DNA from: a virus | Taxonomy: Duplodnaviria > Caudoviricetes | IMG/VR virus record: IMGVR_UViG_3300021495_000006 | Location: 1-55,626 of that record | DNA length: 55,626 nt | Direction: 5' to 3' (one strand) | Shown here: piece after piece, positions 44,501-53,774 of the stretch | Numbering within the stretch: the first letter of the stretch is position 1 | How the letters are laid out: the number at the start of each line of letters is the position of its first letter | Translations under genes and position numbers: made by a program | Notes under the pieces: model-generated | What the model saw: the letters and a program-made list of their open reading frames with translations, nothing else | Databases searched by the model: none | Told to the model about the DNA's origin: nothing

Positions 44501-44899
44501 CGGTCACCCGCTAATGGCCCTATATAGCTAAGGCAAGGCACGCTCAAGCAGCTTTTTGTCGTAATCCTGCTGTTACCCCATCCTGAAGGATGTGGCTTGG
44601 TCATTTCTGCCAAGCTCTGCAACTTCACTTCGTTGCAGTACGGACTGTGGCTTACCCCTATGCCGTCGCACAGGGCCCCCCGCTCAGTCTCTACCGCTGC
44701 CCGCCACATTCTGTGTAACGATAGTGCCCTTTCCGGTAATCATCGTGACACAAAATGTGCTGCTTGCCTCGGCGTGACCATCTCAGGCTTCCGCCGAATT
44801 CAGGGGGGTTTGACGCCTGCATTACTGCAAGCGGACGCATCACGTATACGTCTTCGCTTCTAGCGTGAGGGTAGACGCCAAAGTCTCGATATTAGCCAT
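41510..44899 (-). CDS. Major capsid protein (N4-gp56-like), 7 exons: 44899-44848, 44565-44531, 43744-43565, 42907-42830, 42599-42400, 42139-41812, 41587-41510; 316 aa spliced
   Basis: Joined exons total 951 nt in one frame: ...KTYYDKKLLERALPNLVHGQF...IEFRKF...LTEG...QYGDYI...LMGEQMGLTLD...YICIIHPD...GEIG...DPLAQ...GWKAAHACVIL...*; follows the scaffold gene. Confidence 0.92.
41588..41811 (-). mobile_element. Group I intron 6 of capsid gene (224 nt)
   Basis: P1 AAGGCU/GGCCUU, P3 CGCCGU/ACGGCG, P7 GACUA/UAGUC, terminal G. Confidence 0.9.
42140..42399 (-). mobile_element. Group I intron 5 of capsid gene (260 nt)
   Basis: P1 GCAU/GUGC, P10 AUG/CAU, P7 GACUG/CAGUC, terminal G. Confidence 0.9.
42600..42829 (-). 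mobile_element. Group I intron 4 of capsid gene (230 nt, apparent terminal A)
   Basis: P1 UGGGU/GCCCA, 6-bp P10 CUGUUC/GAACAG, P7 GACUC/GAGUC. Confidence 0.85.
42908..43564 (-). mobile_element. Group I intron 3 of capsid gene (657 nt, with endonuclease)
   Basis: P1 UACGGU/GCCGUA, P3 CCGUCUC/GAGACGG, P7 GACCG/CGGCC, terminal G. Confidence 0.9.
42987..43502 (-). CDS. Intron-encoded single-motif LAGLIDADG homing endonuclease
   Basis: YLAGILDGEGT motif, PYLRVKRPQA. Confidence 0.9.
   Translation of the reverse strand: MAILHDDPRQAALYGYLAGILDGEGTLRICKMKPNPKFHVKDTRYTTYISVGMVDKEPIDLLAKHLGGSVRIERAPSDGRRPIYRWVVSGRRCVFRALCLVLPYLRVKRPQAEILLDFILNYVDRRNQSEEVKQRELLRREELYHKMRKLNAVGAAATTERDGIREDEATA
43745..44530 (-). 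mobile_element. Group I intron 2 of capsid gene (786 nt, with endonuclease)
   Basis: P1 GCCU/GGGC, P4 UGCUAG/CUAGCA, P7 GACUA/UAGUC, terminal G. Confidence 0.9.
43833..44432 (-). CDS. Intron-encoded single-motif LAGLIDADG homing endonuclease
   Basis: WVAGILDGEGS motif, PYLTCKK; own AGGAGG RBS. Confidence 0.9.
   Translation of the reverse strand: MVETTSRRDPDPIEVGWVAGILDGEGSCGLYEVRNKGNGTQSLGIKISVTSTEFSLLRRLSEIYSRWGVHYYYTLNRHQGKKGREHWHDSVAITVCRINSVVRLLRIVLPYLTCKKPRAELILEFAEWKQASRFNDRDWERDWHGRRLPHKARTEEEIAKEMSFLERFRQLPAKQPKIALSTTIRRGSQPIRLKAESMK
44566..44847 (-). mobile_element. Group I intron 1 of capsid gene (282 nt, no ORF)
   Basis: P1 GACGU/GCGUC with U.G, P10 GUGAU/AUUAC, P7 GACUG/CAGUC, terminal G. 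Confidence 0.9.
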
Positions 44900-44923
44900 C
44901 TTCCCTCACCTCATATTTAATTG

Positions 44924-45781
44924 TTAAATGCGCCCCAATTCCATCATTGCGATCCGCTGGGCGGCCTCTTTCGCCGGAAGTTTGTGCTTCTTCATGTACT
45001 GCTTTGTCTTCTCGATGAGACGCCCCAACTCATCCGGCTTGACCTTCTCCAGCTTCCGCAACAACTCCTCGGCTATGATTGACTCGTCACTGAAGGGCCG
45101 CAGCGTAGCCCAATCGAAGGGCGCTGCTGCCATGCCCTGCGTGCCGCCAACCACATCGAGGGCGCCCGCTTCTTTGAGGCGCGTTAACTGCTCGCGCTTT
45201 TCTGCGCGTTTCTTGGCCGTGGTCGCCTTCGCTAAATCTTCTCTCACAATGCGCGCAACAGAGGATAGGAAGGCTTCCGGGCTGGATTCGTCCAAGCGGG
45301 GATCGTAGCGGTTCACTCCGAATTCTTTGCAAACGCTCTTGATATACTCTTCCCGCTGCCTCTCCGCTTCCATTTGCGCCCGGTACGCGCGCAACTCCTC
45401 CAACTCCTGCATTAAGGTCGCACGCTCCGAAACCTCCCGCGTCTGTCGCCGCACAGCCTCCAACTCCTCCGGTTCGAGGTGCTCGGCCAACAGCGCCTCG
45501 TAGTATTGCTGAAGGCTCTCTAGTTGGCTCTTCACGGCCTGTTGGGTGCGGGCAACATCTCGGTCTATCTTGGCCTGGGCGCGCCGGAAGGCTCTCTCTT
45601 CAGCCTCCCTAATCGCCGCCGCTTTTGCCTCCTCGATTAGACGCAAGATGTCTTCGGGTAACTCTTTCTTCTCCTCTTCTTGTGCCTCCTCGCTCGGTGC
45701 TAGCTCTTCCTGCTTTGGCTCCTCGACAACCTCATCAGGATTGTCTTGGTTCGCGTCCAAGCGGGTCTTCTCCTCATCCAT
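44924..45781 (-). CDS. Capsid scaffolding protein
   Basis: Acidic N-terminus, coiled coil, directly upstream of the capsid gene. Confidence 0.75.
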   Translation of the reverse strand: MDEEKTRLDANQDNPDEVVEEPKQEELAPSEEAQEEEKKELPEDILRLIEEAKAAAIREAEERAFRRAQAKIDRDVARTQQAVKSQLESLQQYYEALLAEHLEPEELEAVRRQTREVSERATLMQELEELRAYRAQMEAERQREEYIKSVCKEFGVNRYDPRLDESSPEAFLSSVARIVREDLAKATTAKKRAEKREQLTRLKEAGALDVVGGTQGMAAAPFDWATLRPFSDESIIAEELLRKLEKVKPDELGRLIEKTKQYMKKHKLPAKEAAQRIAMMELGRI

Positions 45782-45815
45782 TATCTGTAACCTCCTCGGT
45801 TAGTTTTTTGCTCCT

Positions 45816-48800
45816 TTACCATCGCCTATACCAGCGCAACTTAGGCGCTCTCCGCACCCGCCTGCGCTTGGGCTCTGTAAGCGCCAGGTGCGCCGCCAGG
45901 CTTTGGGCTAATGCCGCAAGCCATTCCGGTGATTTGTCTTGTAGCCAGGCCGCCAAATCGGGATACCGCCGCAAGAACCATCCTCTCTGCGCTTCGGGCA
46001 AAAGAAGATAGCTCTGTATCAGCTCCAAAAGCCCCTTATCCTCCATGCCCTCGGCGAATTTCCACCAATCGGTGGCCATATCCTCCAATGTCTCACGCTT
46101 CGTCTTGCGGCGTCTGCGGCCCCGCCTCCGCTTTGGCTTCGGTGTATACGGCTGCCATGTCGGGTAGAGCCACTTGACCATCACCGGATGACTGGCTTTC
46201 CATTCGTCCATGAAGCGCCAGGCCGGTTCCAATTGCTCACGCAGGGCCTTGCGTTTGTTGAACTCCCACCATTTCAGCTTAGAATAGGCGTCCATCAACT
46301 CGGAGTAATTGGGGACGATGGAACGCACGGCCTCCCACATTTCGGCCCGTTCACGCAAGGCCTGGTCGTATTCCGCCGCCAGCTCCGGTGATACGCGCTG
46401 GAACCGTCCACTTGGGGCTTGCAACCCCGCTTCCGTCAAGGCCGCGCCCGGCCAGGGCTTGGGTTCATAAGCGCCCCATTCCTTCAGGAATTCCGCCTCC
46501 GCAGCCTTGACTGCCGCGCCCCTGGCCTCTGCCATCTCAGGCAATAAGCCAGGGTCAAGCCCGGCATAGTTGAGCCAGTATATCAGCTCTTCATCGGTGA
46601 TGGCGTCGTAATCCCGCGTCTTCTTGTTGACAAAGAGCCTCTGGAAGCGGTCGCCCAGCGCCTTCTTCAAGCGCCTCTTATCCAGCGCGGGCAAGGCCAT
46701 GTAGAACTCCCACAGGTCGCTGATGGCCCTATCCCTTGGGCTCATGCCCCGGCGCCGGACTTCTTTAAGCCCCGGCAGGGTGATGTCCCGATAAATCTCC
46801 GCAAGCTGGTCGTATGTCCAGCCCTTCTCTGGATACATCGCCAGCACACGGGTGATGAATTCGGTGGCGGGCCGAGCCGGATAATTTGAATAATATTTAT
46901 CAAATAACTCGGCCCGCTCCGCCCCGCTCAAGCCCTCGGCCTCCGCAAACATGGCCTTCTGAGCAGGGTTGATGACCGTCTCTTTGTAAACTCGCCACAG
47001 GGCCTCTTTGGGGTCATCGTTGCGGCGCAGATAACGCTCCAAGCGCGCACGGGTGAGCCAGGATAGTTGCGGTATCTTGCCCTTAATGCCCATTTCCCGC
47101 AACGCGCTCTTATCGAGATAGGGCAGCCACTTCTTGGGATTGTTCAGGAACTCATCGCGCGCCCGGTAGAAGGCATCCCAATCAATCTTGCCCTCTTTGT
47201 CCTTAAATTGCTCTGGCTGAATGGCATAGTAGGCTTCAGCAACCGGCCGCAATGCTTTGTCTTCATAGTAGGTTTCGATCTCGCTGGGCGTCCAGCCCCA
47301 GAACGAGGGCGTGCGCACTATGTCTTTGTATTCATCATCAAGTGCATCTAACTCTTCCTGCCGCTTGCGGTATATCGTCTGCCGAGCACGCCAATCGCCC
47401 AATGGGACTTTATCCAAGTCTTTGGCATAGCGGTCATAAATGGCCCTGCGCTTGTCGTAGTATTCGCGCTCCCTGAATTGCACCACCCGTTCGGGGCCAG
47501 GCGTCCAGAGCAAGCCCCGGCTTGTATACCACGGATTGGCCTCATACCACTTCCGCCTGGCCTCTCGAATCTCCGGCCCCTTTTCCCCGGCTCGCTCTCG
47601 CTCGTAAATCTCCGCCAAGCCCTCTGCACGCCGGATGCGCATTTCGCCCTTCGGTAGCAACCTGGGCCGAATGCCTAGAAAATAGGATACCGCCGTTGGG
47701 AGTTGTTTTAAGATAGCCGCCCGATTAACCGCCTCCTCCCATATTGGCCCCTGGTGATACATTGGACTGGCCGGGTTCAAGACGGCATCGCGCTCCTCCG
47801 GTGTGATCTCCTCATTGGCCGCCATGTCCAATACCATGCTCTCCGGCCAGTATTCTGCTTCATAGCCCGCCGCTTCCGGCAGGCCCAAGCCCACACGGAA
47901 GGGCTTTTCGATGTTCAATCCGCCGGGCGGGATCCAACCGAAGCGCTCCGGCCACTTCTCCCGCATGTAAGCGGTCATGCCCTTCAACACGCCCGTCTGT
48001 GGGAGAATATACCAAATATTCTCCCGCTTGCCCCGCGCCATATCCAAGGCCACCTGTAGCGGCCAATGCGGAGCCATGCCGAAGATGTGTTGCAAGTCAG
48101 CCAGCCTGTCCAAAGCAGTCTTGGCCTCATTGTTATCGTCCCAATCCACTTTGGCCAAGTAATTGAACGGCCAGACTCCCACGTGGGGAAAGATGAAGGG
48201 CATGATGTCAATAGGGACGCGCTTCTCTGCCCATTCCGGTAAAGCTTCGGCCACACCCTCAGGCGCAGGCACAAAGAGGGCCGTCGGCCCGTAGCGCCTG
48301 GGGAAGCCCATCTCCTCATTGATGCGCTCGATAGCCTTGCGCATACGGTAATAGCTTGTGACCGTCCAGGGCTTGGTAATCATACGCATGGCCGCCTGAT
48401 AGCCGGTGCGTGTAGGCCAGAAATGGAACGGGAAGAATAAAGCGATTAGACGGTCAAGCTCATAGCGCTTGTCATAATCGTAAAGAGCCCGGTTGACGAC
48501 CTCATAGGCCCATTGCAATTTAGCCATGTTCGCGTCTTCCCTGGCAGGCACAAGCACCTGCTTCACCCTATCCAGGAAGACACGCTTTAGCTCTTCGACC
48601 ACCGGCTCTGCTTTATCGCGGGTGATGCCCTTCTTCAGGCGTTCGATAAGCTTTAGCTCTGCCTCACTTGCCGACCGCACGCCCTTGGCATAGCTGGGCA
48701 TCCCACTGGTCATGGCAGCCGCGCGGGATAGCGCTCGTGTGGCAATGCGCTCATAATCCTTCGCCGTGCTGCCTTTGAACCGCTTGGCCTGCTTCCGAGC

Positions 48801-51800
48801 CCATTCTGCAAAGTCGCCCAGCCACTTGACGTATTCATCCGGCGGCTCTGCCTTGCTGATGTCGGTGACCGGAACACTGAACGCCCGGCCCTTCTCTGGG
48901 TCGTATACCCATGTGAGCACAGCGCCCGAACGAACGCGCGCTGTCCTAGCTGCAATGCCATCCCCTTTCGGCGTATGCACCCAATCAGCCGGCTGCACGC
49001 CGCCAGGTAGAATCTTGGGCGGGGCCTTGGGCTTGGCTACTTTCGGTGCCTTCGGCTTCGGCGCTTTCTCTATTGCCTTGGCCGCCTCCGCCTCTGCCTT
49101 GAGCACTTCATCAAATTCCTCAAGCGGCGCTTCAGCAATCGGCTTCAGTTCATCCCACCAACCCTGGGCCTTTGCCAACTTCTCGATGTCATCTAATTCC
49201 GCTTGGACAGCAGCCCGCCTAATGGGGGAGGCGTTCACCCGTGTGAGACCGGCCAATAGCTTTTTCCGGCTCTTATAGCGGTTAAGATCGCCCTCCCACC
49301 TCTTCGGCTTAGTGACCTTCGGCGGCGCAGCGGCTTCCTCTACAAGTTTCGGCTCCCCCACAATCTCCCAGCCGGACGGCCTGGCGAATTCACGCAGTTC
49401 ATCCCACCAGCCCTCGGCCCTAGCCCTTTCAGCAATTTCGTCCAGCCTTGCACGGATACGCCCCGTCTCGCTCTCAGGATAGCCCCGGTCAATGTAGTCT
49501 CGTAACTGGCGTATCAGCCGCTTATACTCCGCCACCTCATCGGCGTGGACGACCTCCATCGCCTTCTTCATGCCCAGCTTAGCACGCAAGGCATTGGCCT
49601 CGGCGCGTAAGTCCTTCTCTAGCTTGGGGGCTATGGCACGGCCCAATCGCTTCTGCTCATCCAGGAAATTCTCGATGGTCTCCAGCCGCTTGCGAGCCTC
49701 GTTCTTGGTCATCTTAGCCACACGTTCGGCCATAGTGGTGGGCTTCTCCGCTACCTTGGCGACTTCTGGAACCGCCTCAACTGCGGCCTCCTCCACCCTC
49801 GCCGCTTCAACGGCCTCGGCCACTTCTTCGGCCTTGGGGATAATCTTCTCACCTTCCTCCACCGCTTCCTTCGGCAATGAGGCCAACTCCGCCTTCAGCG
49901 CCTTGATGCGGCCCTTGAGCTCTTTGACCTTCTTGTGGGCGTCTACATAATCCCGAACGGCCTGGAGCAAATCCTCTTGGGAACGGAAGCCCAGCTCGGT
50001 GGCCATATCATCGGTAACCGCATACTCCCACGAGACTAACTTGCCCGTGGCCCTGTCACGCACACGCTTGAAGGTGCCCGTGTGATAGTCCCACAGCTTG
50101 AAGACCGTCTTCTGATCCAAGGGCTGGGCCTTGAGGTAATCCTGCAACGATTCCAGATATTGCTCCGTCTGGTAAAGTTCGGCCTGGAGATCCGCCGCCT
50201 TCTCCGCCGCCGTCTCGACCTCTTTGATGGCCTTCGGCGCTTTTTCGACCACGCCCTCAAGGGCAGGATGACCGCTCAATAGCTGATAGGTGGGCGTATT
50301 GGCTTCGGCCATCTTTGCCCATAGGTAATCCTGCCACTTCTTGGCCAATTCCGGCTGCTCCTCGATGAACCGCCGTAGCTCCGTGAGTTTCGTTGGGAAG
50401 GGAATGTCGGGGCTGACGTGCTTGGCCCAAGCGCGCCGGGCATATTCGCCCTTCTTCCACATATCGAGCTCATAGGCGGCCTTCGCCATCTCGTCGGCGC
50501 TCATCCACAAGCCTTCAGCCGTCGCCCCGCGTTCGGTCATCTCGCGCACCATCGTGGCGTAGGTGCGCTTGACAATCTCCTCTGGCTTGCCTTTACGGAA
50601 TTCCTCCGCCGCCTCGATGCCCGGAAGCAACGCCGCCTCTTTGGGCTTCACCGTGACGGGCAGGTTCTCCAGTTGCTCAGCCCGAGCCAGTCGCTTCTCA
50701 ATCTCCGCCGCGACTTCATCCACGCCTTTGGCCAACTTCTCGGCATCATCCCCGGCTTCATCCACGACTTCCTGAATGGCCTTGACGAAGCCAGGCGAAA
50801 CCTCCTCGGCATCGTCAATATAGCGAGCCACCAAGGTGAGGCCACTTAAGGCCTTCTCGGTGTTCTCGATAAGCTCCTCGCCATTGAGGGATTGTCTCCA
50901 CGCTGCAATCAGGTTGGCCTTAGTGTTGGGATCAATATAAGGCCACAGGTCATCAAAGGCCGAGAGGTCAATCAGCCCACCCGGGCGCCAATAGAGATCG
51001 TCGAATTTCTGGCAGGCCCGATAGGATGCCCCATACCGCGCCCAGGCCTCGCCCAGCAGCGGTATGTTGCCGCTGTAAAGGCGTCGGCCCAGGTCGGCCA
51101 ATTCCCGGATGATGGGCAATCCCCGCTTAGGCCCTCTATACTCCCGCGTCAAGCCCAAGCCGCGCTGAAACTGCGCCGGGCTGAAGCCAAACGAGCGAAT
51201 CATGTAATCGTCAATATGATTATGCGAAGCGAAGGACAGCAACCCGTCATACGTCAGAAAACTCACATTGCCCGCCGCATTCCTGATAAGGGCCCTGGGA
51301 GAGATGCCCATGTAGAAGTCGGCCATAAAGCTCTTAAAGCCCTGGGCATACTTCTCCGCCGTGCTGGGCGGCTTCACACCATAAAGCTCGTTAGTCACCT
51401 TGATGGACTTGTCATAAAGCTCGCTCAGAAAGTCCATCAGCTTGAACTCACGGTCGGGCTTCAGCGTGCGGAAGCTGTCAATGTCCATCATCTTGAGCGC
51501 CTTCCGCACCTCATTGGCCGCCGGGGATTTGACGAACGAGCCGAATTCGGGTGGCAAGCTCTCCGGGGCCTCCACAAAGCTCTTGAGCAAAATCTTGGCT
51601 TCATCCGGTGTCTTGGCACGCCGCAGCACCAATCCTGTGAAACTGTTAAGGTGCCTATCCAACGCCCTGGCCTTGCTGTGTGCAGTGATGCGGAAGGGGT
51701 TAAGCTGCTCGATCTTGCCCCCGATCTGCTGCCATGCCCGCTTGAACCAGGGCATTTGCTCCACCGTCTCTTGGACGATAGGCTCTGCCTTGCGAACGAA

Positions 51801-52883
51801 CTGATTGCGCACCCGATTCAACAGGCGCACATCGCGGAGCTTGCCCAGCCAACTGCCTGCTATGTCGAGCGGGTCGAGCACAATCTGGCCAATGGCTTCG
51901 ACAATTGGGTCTTCATACTTCCGCACTACTTCGTCAATGGACGCGCCCTGTTTAATTTCATCGAGTGCCTTCTCCAACCGTTCGGGATGGGCGCCCCAGG
52001 TGTAGTAGGTGCGCGCCAGCTCCGCCGTCTCCTTGGGTGGCAGATTAAGCTCCCGCAGCTTTTCATCGGCCCGACGCCAGGCTTCAACTTGTTCGGGCTT
52101 TATCTCCACGCCGCCCAATAGGGCTGCCGCCTCCAGATGTGTCATCGGGTGCTCAGGCACCACGCGCTCATAGGCGGCTTTTGGACGGCGCTTCATAGCC
52201 TCCAATGCATAGGTGCCAATGCCGCGCTCTAACCAATAGGCCGGTTGCTGCAATGCTTTGACAGCTCCCTTAACGGCCTCCTCCGCCGTGCGGGGGATGA
52301 TACCAGCTATCGGTTGGCGCTTCCAGGCCCGCCAAGCCTCCAATGCTCCAGCCAAAGGCGCAGTCACAACCTCGGGTGCAGGCTTCCCGATGGCCTCCAC
52401 TGTGGTAGGCGGCAAGAAAGGCCGCTCCGCGAGTTGCTGCTTAATGGTCTCCACCGCCTCGCGTGTGCCTTCCGGCTTCTCCACCGTCGGCGGTGGAACC
52501 TCAATCCTAGGCGGTGCAGCTTTCACGGCCACGGGAGGAGGAGGCGTCACCACTTCCGGTTTAGGCCATTCCTTAAGCGGCATGGGGAAATATGGACGAC
52601 GCCTTTTGCGCTCGAATTCCTCTTCGGCCCTCTCCACGCCACGCTCTACCTTGGGGGCTTCCGCCGCCCTTCGCCAGGCCTCCATCCCTGCAATCTGCCG
52701 CTGCCATGCTTCGGCGGGCACTTCTTCCGGTGGTGTCCAACCCTTGGCACGCAGGGCCGAACCCTCAACGCCCGGCTTCCACACCACCTTATAACCCGCC
52801 CGCCGCCATTGCTCCTCAACAGGCAGGTTGAACCAATCCTCTCTATTCCCTTGTCCTGTCCCGATGTTAATGGTGACCGCCAA
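45816..52883 (-). CDS. Giant (2355 aa) helical protein, probable internal virion/ejection protein
   Basis: Size, helical composition, FFPFHFWP-type motif, location in the head module. Confidence 0.6.
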   Translation of the reverse strand: MAVTINIGTGQGNREDWFNLPVEEQWRRAGYKVVWKPGVEGSALRAKGWTPPEEVPAEAWQRQIAGMEAWRRAAEAPKVERGVERAEEEFERKRRRPYFPMPLKEWPKPEVVTPPPPVAVKAAPPRIEVPPPTVEKPEGTREAVETIKQQLAERPFLPPTTVEAIGKPAPEVVTAPLAGALEAWRAWKRQPIAGIIPRTAEEAVKGAVKALQQPAYWLERGIGTYALEAMKRRPKAAYERVVPEHPMTHLEAAALLGGVEIKPEQVEAWRRADEKLRELNLPPKETAELARTYYTWGAHPERLEKALDEIKQGASIDEVVRKYEDPIVEAIGQIVLDPLDIAGSWLGKLRDVRLLNRVRNQFVRKAEPIVQETVEQMPWFKRAWQQIGGKIEQLNPFRITAHSKARALDRHLNSFTGLVLRRAKTPDEAKILLKSFVEAPESLPPEFGSFVKSPAANEVRKALKMMDIDSFRTLKPDREFKLMDFLSELYDKSIKVTNELYGVKPPSTAEKYAQGFKSFMADFYMGISPRALIRNAAGNVSFLTYDGLLSFASHNHIDDYMIRSFGFSPAQFQRGLGLTREYRGPKRGLPIIRELADLGRRLYSGNIPLLGEAWARYGASYRACQKFDDLYWRPGGLIDLSAFDDLWPYIDPNTKANLIAAWRQSLNGEELIENTEKALSGLTLVARYIDDAEEVSPGFVKAIQEVVDEAGDDAEKLAKGVDEVAAEIEKRLARAEQLENLPVTVKPKEAALLPGIEAAEEFRKGKPEEIVKRTYATMVREMTERGATAEGLWMSADEMAKAAYELDMWKKGEYARRAWAKHVSPDIPFPTKLTELRRFIEEQPELAKKWQDYLWAKMAEANTPTYQLLSGHPALEGVVEKAPKAIKEVETAAEKAADLQAELYQTEQYLESLQDYLKAQPLDQKTVFKLWDYHTGTFKRVRDRATGKLVSWEYAVTDDMATELGFRSQEDLLQAVRDYVDAHKKVKELKGRIKALKAELASLPKEAVEEGEKIIPKAEEVAEAVEAARVEEAAVEAVPEVAKVAEKPTTMAERVAKMTKNEARKRLETIENFLDEQKRLGRAIAPKLEKDLRAEANALRAKLGMKKAMEVVHADEVAEYKRLIRQLRDYIDRGYPESETGRIRARLDEIAERARAEGWWDELREFARPSGWEIVGEPKLVEEAAAPPKVTKPKRWEGDLNRYKSRKKLLAGLTRVNASPIRRAAVQAELDDIEKLAKAQGWWDELKPIAEAPLEEFDEVLKAEAEAAKAIEKAPKPKAPKVAKPKAPPKILPGGVQPADWVHTPKGDGIAARTARVRSGAVLTWVYDPEKGRAFSVPVTDISKAEPPDEYVKWLGDFAEWARKQAKRFKGSTAKDYERIATRALSRAAAMTSGMPSYAKGVRSASEAELKLIERLKKGITRDKAEPVVEELKRVFLDRVKQVLVPAREDANMAKLQWAYEVVNRALYDYDKRYELDRLIALFFPFHFWPTRTGYQAAMRMITKPWTVTSYYRMRKAIERINEEMGFPRRYGPTALFVPAPEGVAEALPEWAEKRVPIDIMPFIFPHVGVWPFNYLAKVDWDDNNEAKTALDRLADLQHIFGMAPHWPLQVALDMARGKRENIWYILPQTGVLKGMTAYMREKWPERFGWIPPGGLNIEKPFRVGLGLPEAAGYEAEYWPESMVLDMAANEEITPEERDAVLNPASPMYHQGPIWEEAVNRAAILKQLPTAVSYFLGIRPRLLPKGEMRIRRAEGLAEIYERERAGEKGPEIREARRKWYEANPWYTSRGLLWTPGPERVVQFREREYYDKRRAIYDRYAKDLDKVPLGDWRARQTIYRKRQEELDALDDEYKDIVRTPSFWGWTPSEIETYYEDKALRPVAEAYYAIQPEQFKDKEGKIDWDAFYRARDEFLNNPKKWLPYLDKSALREMGIKGKIPQLSWLTRARLERYLRRNDDPKEALWRVYKETVINPAQKAMFAEAEGLSGAERAELFDKYYSNYPARPATEFITRVLAMYPEKGWTYDQLAEIYRDITLPGLKEVRRRGMSPRDRAISDLWEFYMALPALDKRRLKKALGDRFQRLFVNKKTRDYDAITDEELIYWLNYAGLDPGLLPEMAEARGAAVKAAEAEFLKEWGAYEPKPWPGAALTEAGLQAPSGRFQRVSPELAAEYDQALRERAEMWEAVRSIVPNYSELMDAYSKLKWWEFNKRKALREQLEPAWRFMDEWKASHPVMVKWLYPTWQPYTPKPKRRRGRRRRKTKRETLEDMATDWWKFAEGMEDKGLLELIQSYLLLPEAQRGWFLRRYPDLAAWLQDKSPEWLAALAQSLAAHLALTEPKRRRVRRAPKLRWYRRW

Positions 52884-53774
52884 TTATGGTCTCTCCTCTG
52901 GGAAGAGCCCGGCATAATATTGTCGGAGCCACGCCGGTAATTGCCAGGTCTGCCCCATCAAACCACTAGCCATCCCAGCATACATCTCGTGTTGGGCCAG
53001 CCAACGTGCCCAATCTGGTGAATATTGTTCAGCAGCAGCATATATACCTGGCCATTCGGGTGTGCCATAGATATACTCTAGCGCCAATTGGCGAGCCCGT
53101 GGCAACCGCCACCCACGGGCCGCCGCTTCCCCTGCCTGACGCCCATAGCGGTTGAAGGCTTCCTCAAACTGCTCACGCCACCAGGGTAAATGGGTTTGGA
53201 ACCAAGCATGGCTATATTCATGTATCGCCGCCTCTGGCTGCGGGCTATAAAGCTCCACCCACCCGCCAGGGGTATATGCCCCAGTGGGATGAAAGAAACC
53301 CCCGCCGGTCATACGCGGCTGCCGGATGACAACGGGTAAGGTGCGCAGGTATGCGCGCGCTTCTGGCGATATGCCCGCCTGTTCAAATATTTCCTCCCGT
53401 AATCCAATGGCCCTTGCCAATGGCACCTTGAACTCTGTGATGGGCGGTGCGGGAGGACGTATAAGCGGATGCTCTGCAATCCAAGCCGGTCGAATCTCCC
53501 GGTCGCCCCAATATGCCGTAGGCCTACCAGTGAGGCTGGCCACGGCTGGGCCCTCCCACCGGCCAGCCGCCGCTTCCAACCGTCGTCGCTCGGCCATTCG
53601 CTGTTGAGCCTCACGTTGCACCGCCGCAGCCGCCCGCGCCGTCCAGCGCCTGGCCTCTATCTCCGCCCGGCGTGGCTCAGGTATCGCCCAACCCCACGCC
53701 TGCCTCATTCCCCAACGATAATCACGGGGCGCTGTCCCACTCCCACCGCCCGTTGCTCCACTAATTAATGCCAT
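52884..53774 (-). CDS. Protein with HExxH zincin-like motif
   Basis: AAIHEYSHAW...HEMYA; TGATG start overlap. Confidence 0.6.
   Translation of the reverse strand: MALISGATGGGSGTAPRDYRWGMRQAWGWAIPEPRRAEIEARRWTARAAAAVQREAQQRMAERRRLEAAAGRWEGPAVASLTGRPTAYWGDREIRPAWIAEHPLIRPPAPPITEFKVPLARAIGLREEIFEQAGISPEARAYLRTLPVVIRQPRMTGGGFFHPTGAYTPGGWVELYSPQPEAAIHEYSHAWFQTHLPWWREQFEEAFNRYGRQAGEAAARGWRLPRARQLALEYIYGTPEWPGIYAAAEQYSPDWARWLAQHEMYAGMASGLMGQTWQLPAWLRQYYAGLFPEERP

Noticed and set aside
41510-44899. Capsid gene as a pseudogene, or as evidence of stop-codon recoding or frameshifting
   Set aside because: The gaps carry complete group I intron structures and exact excision restores one frame; other genes read normally in the standard code
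15100-52940. Long plus-strand ORFs (15100-15984, 20868-21908, 41620-42555, 50892-52121, 52245-52940)
   Set aside because: They are antisense shadows of real minus-strand genes in GC-rich DNA, with no recognisable motifs
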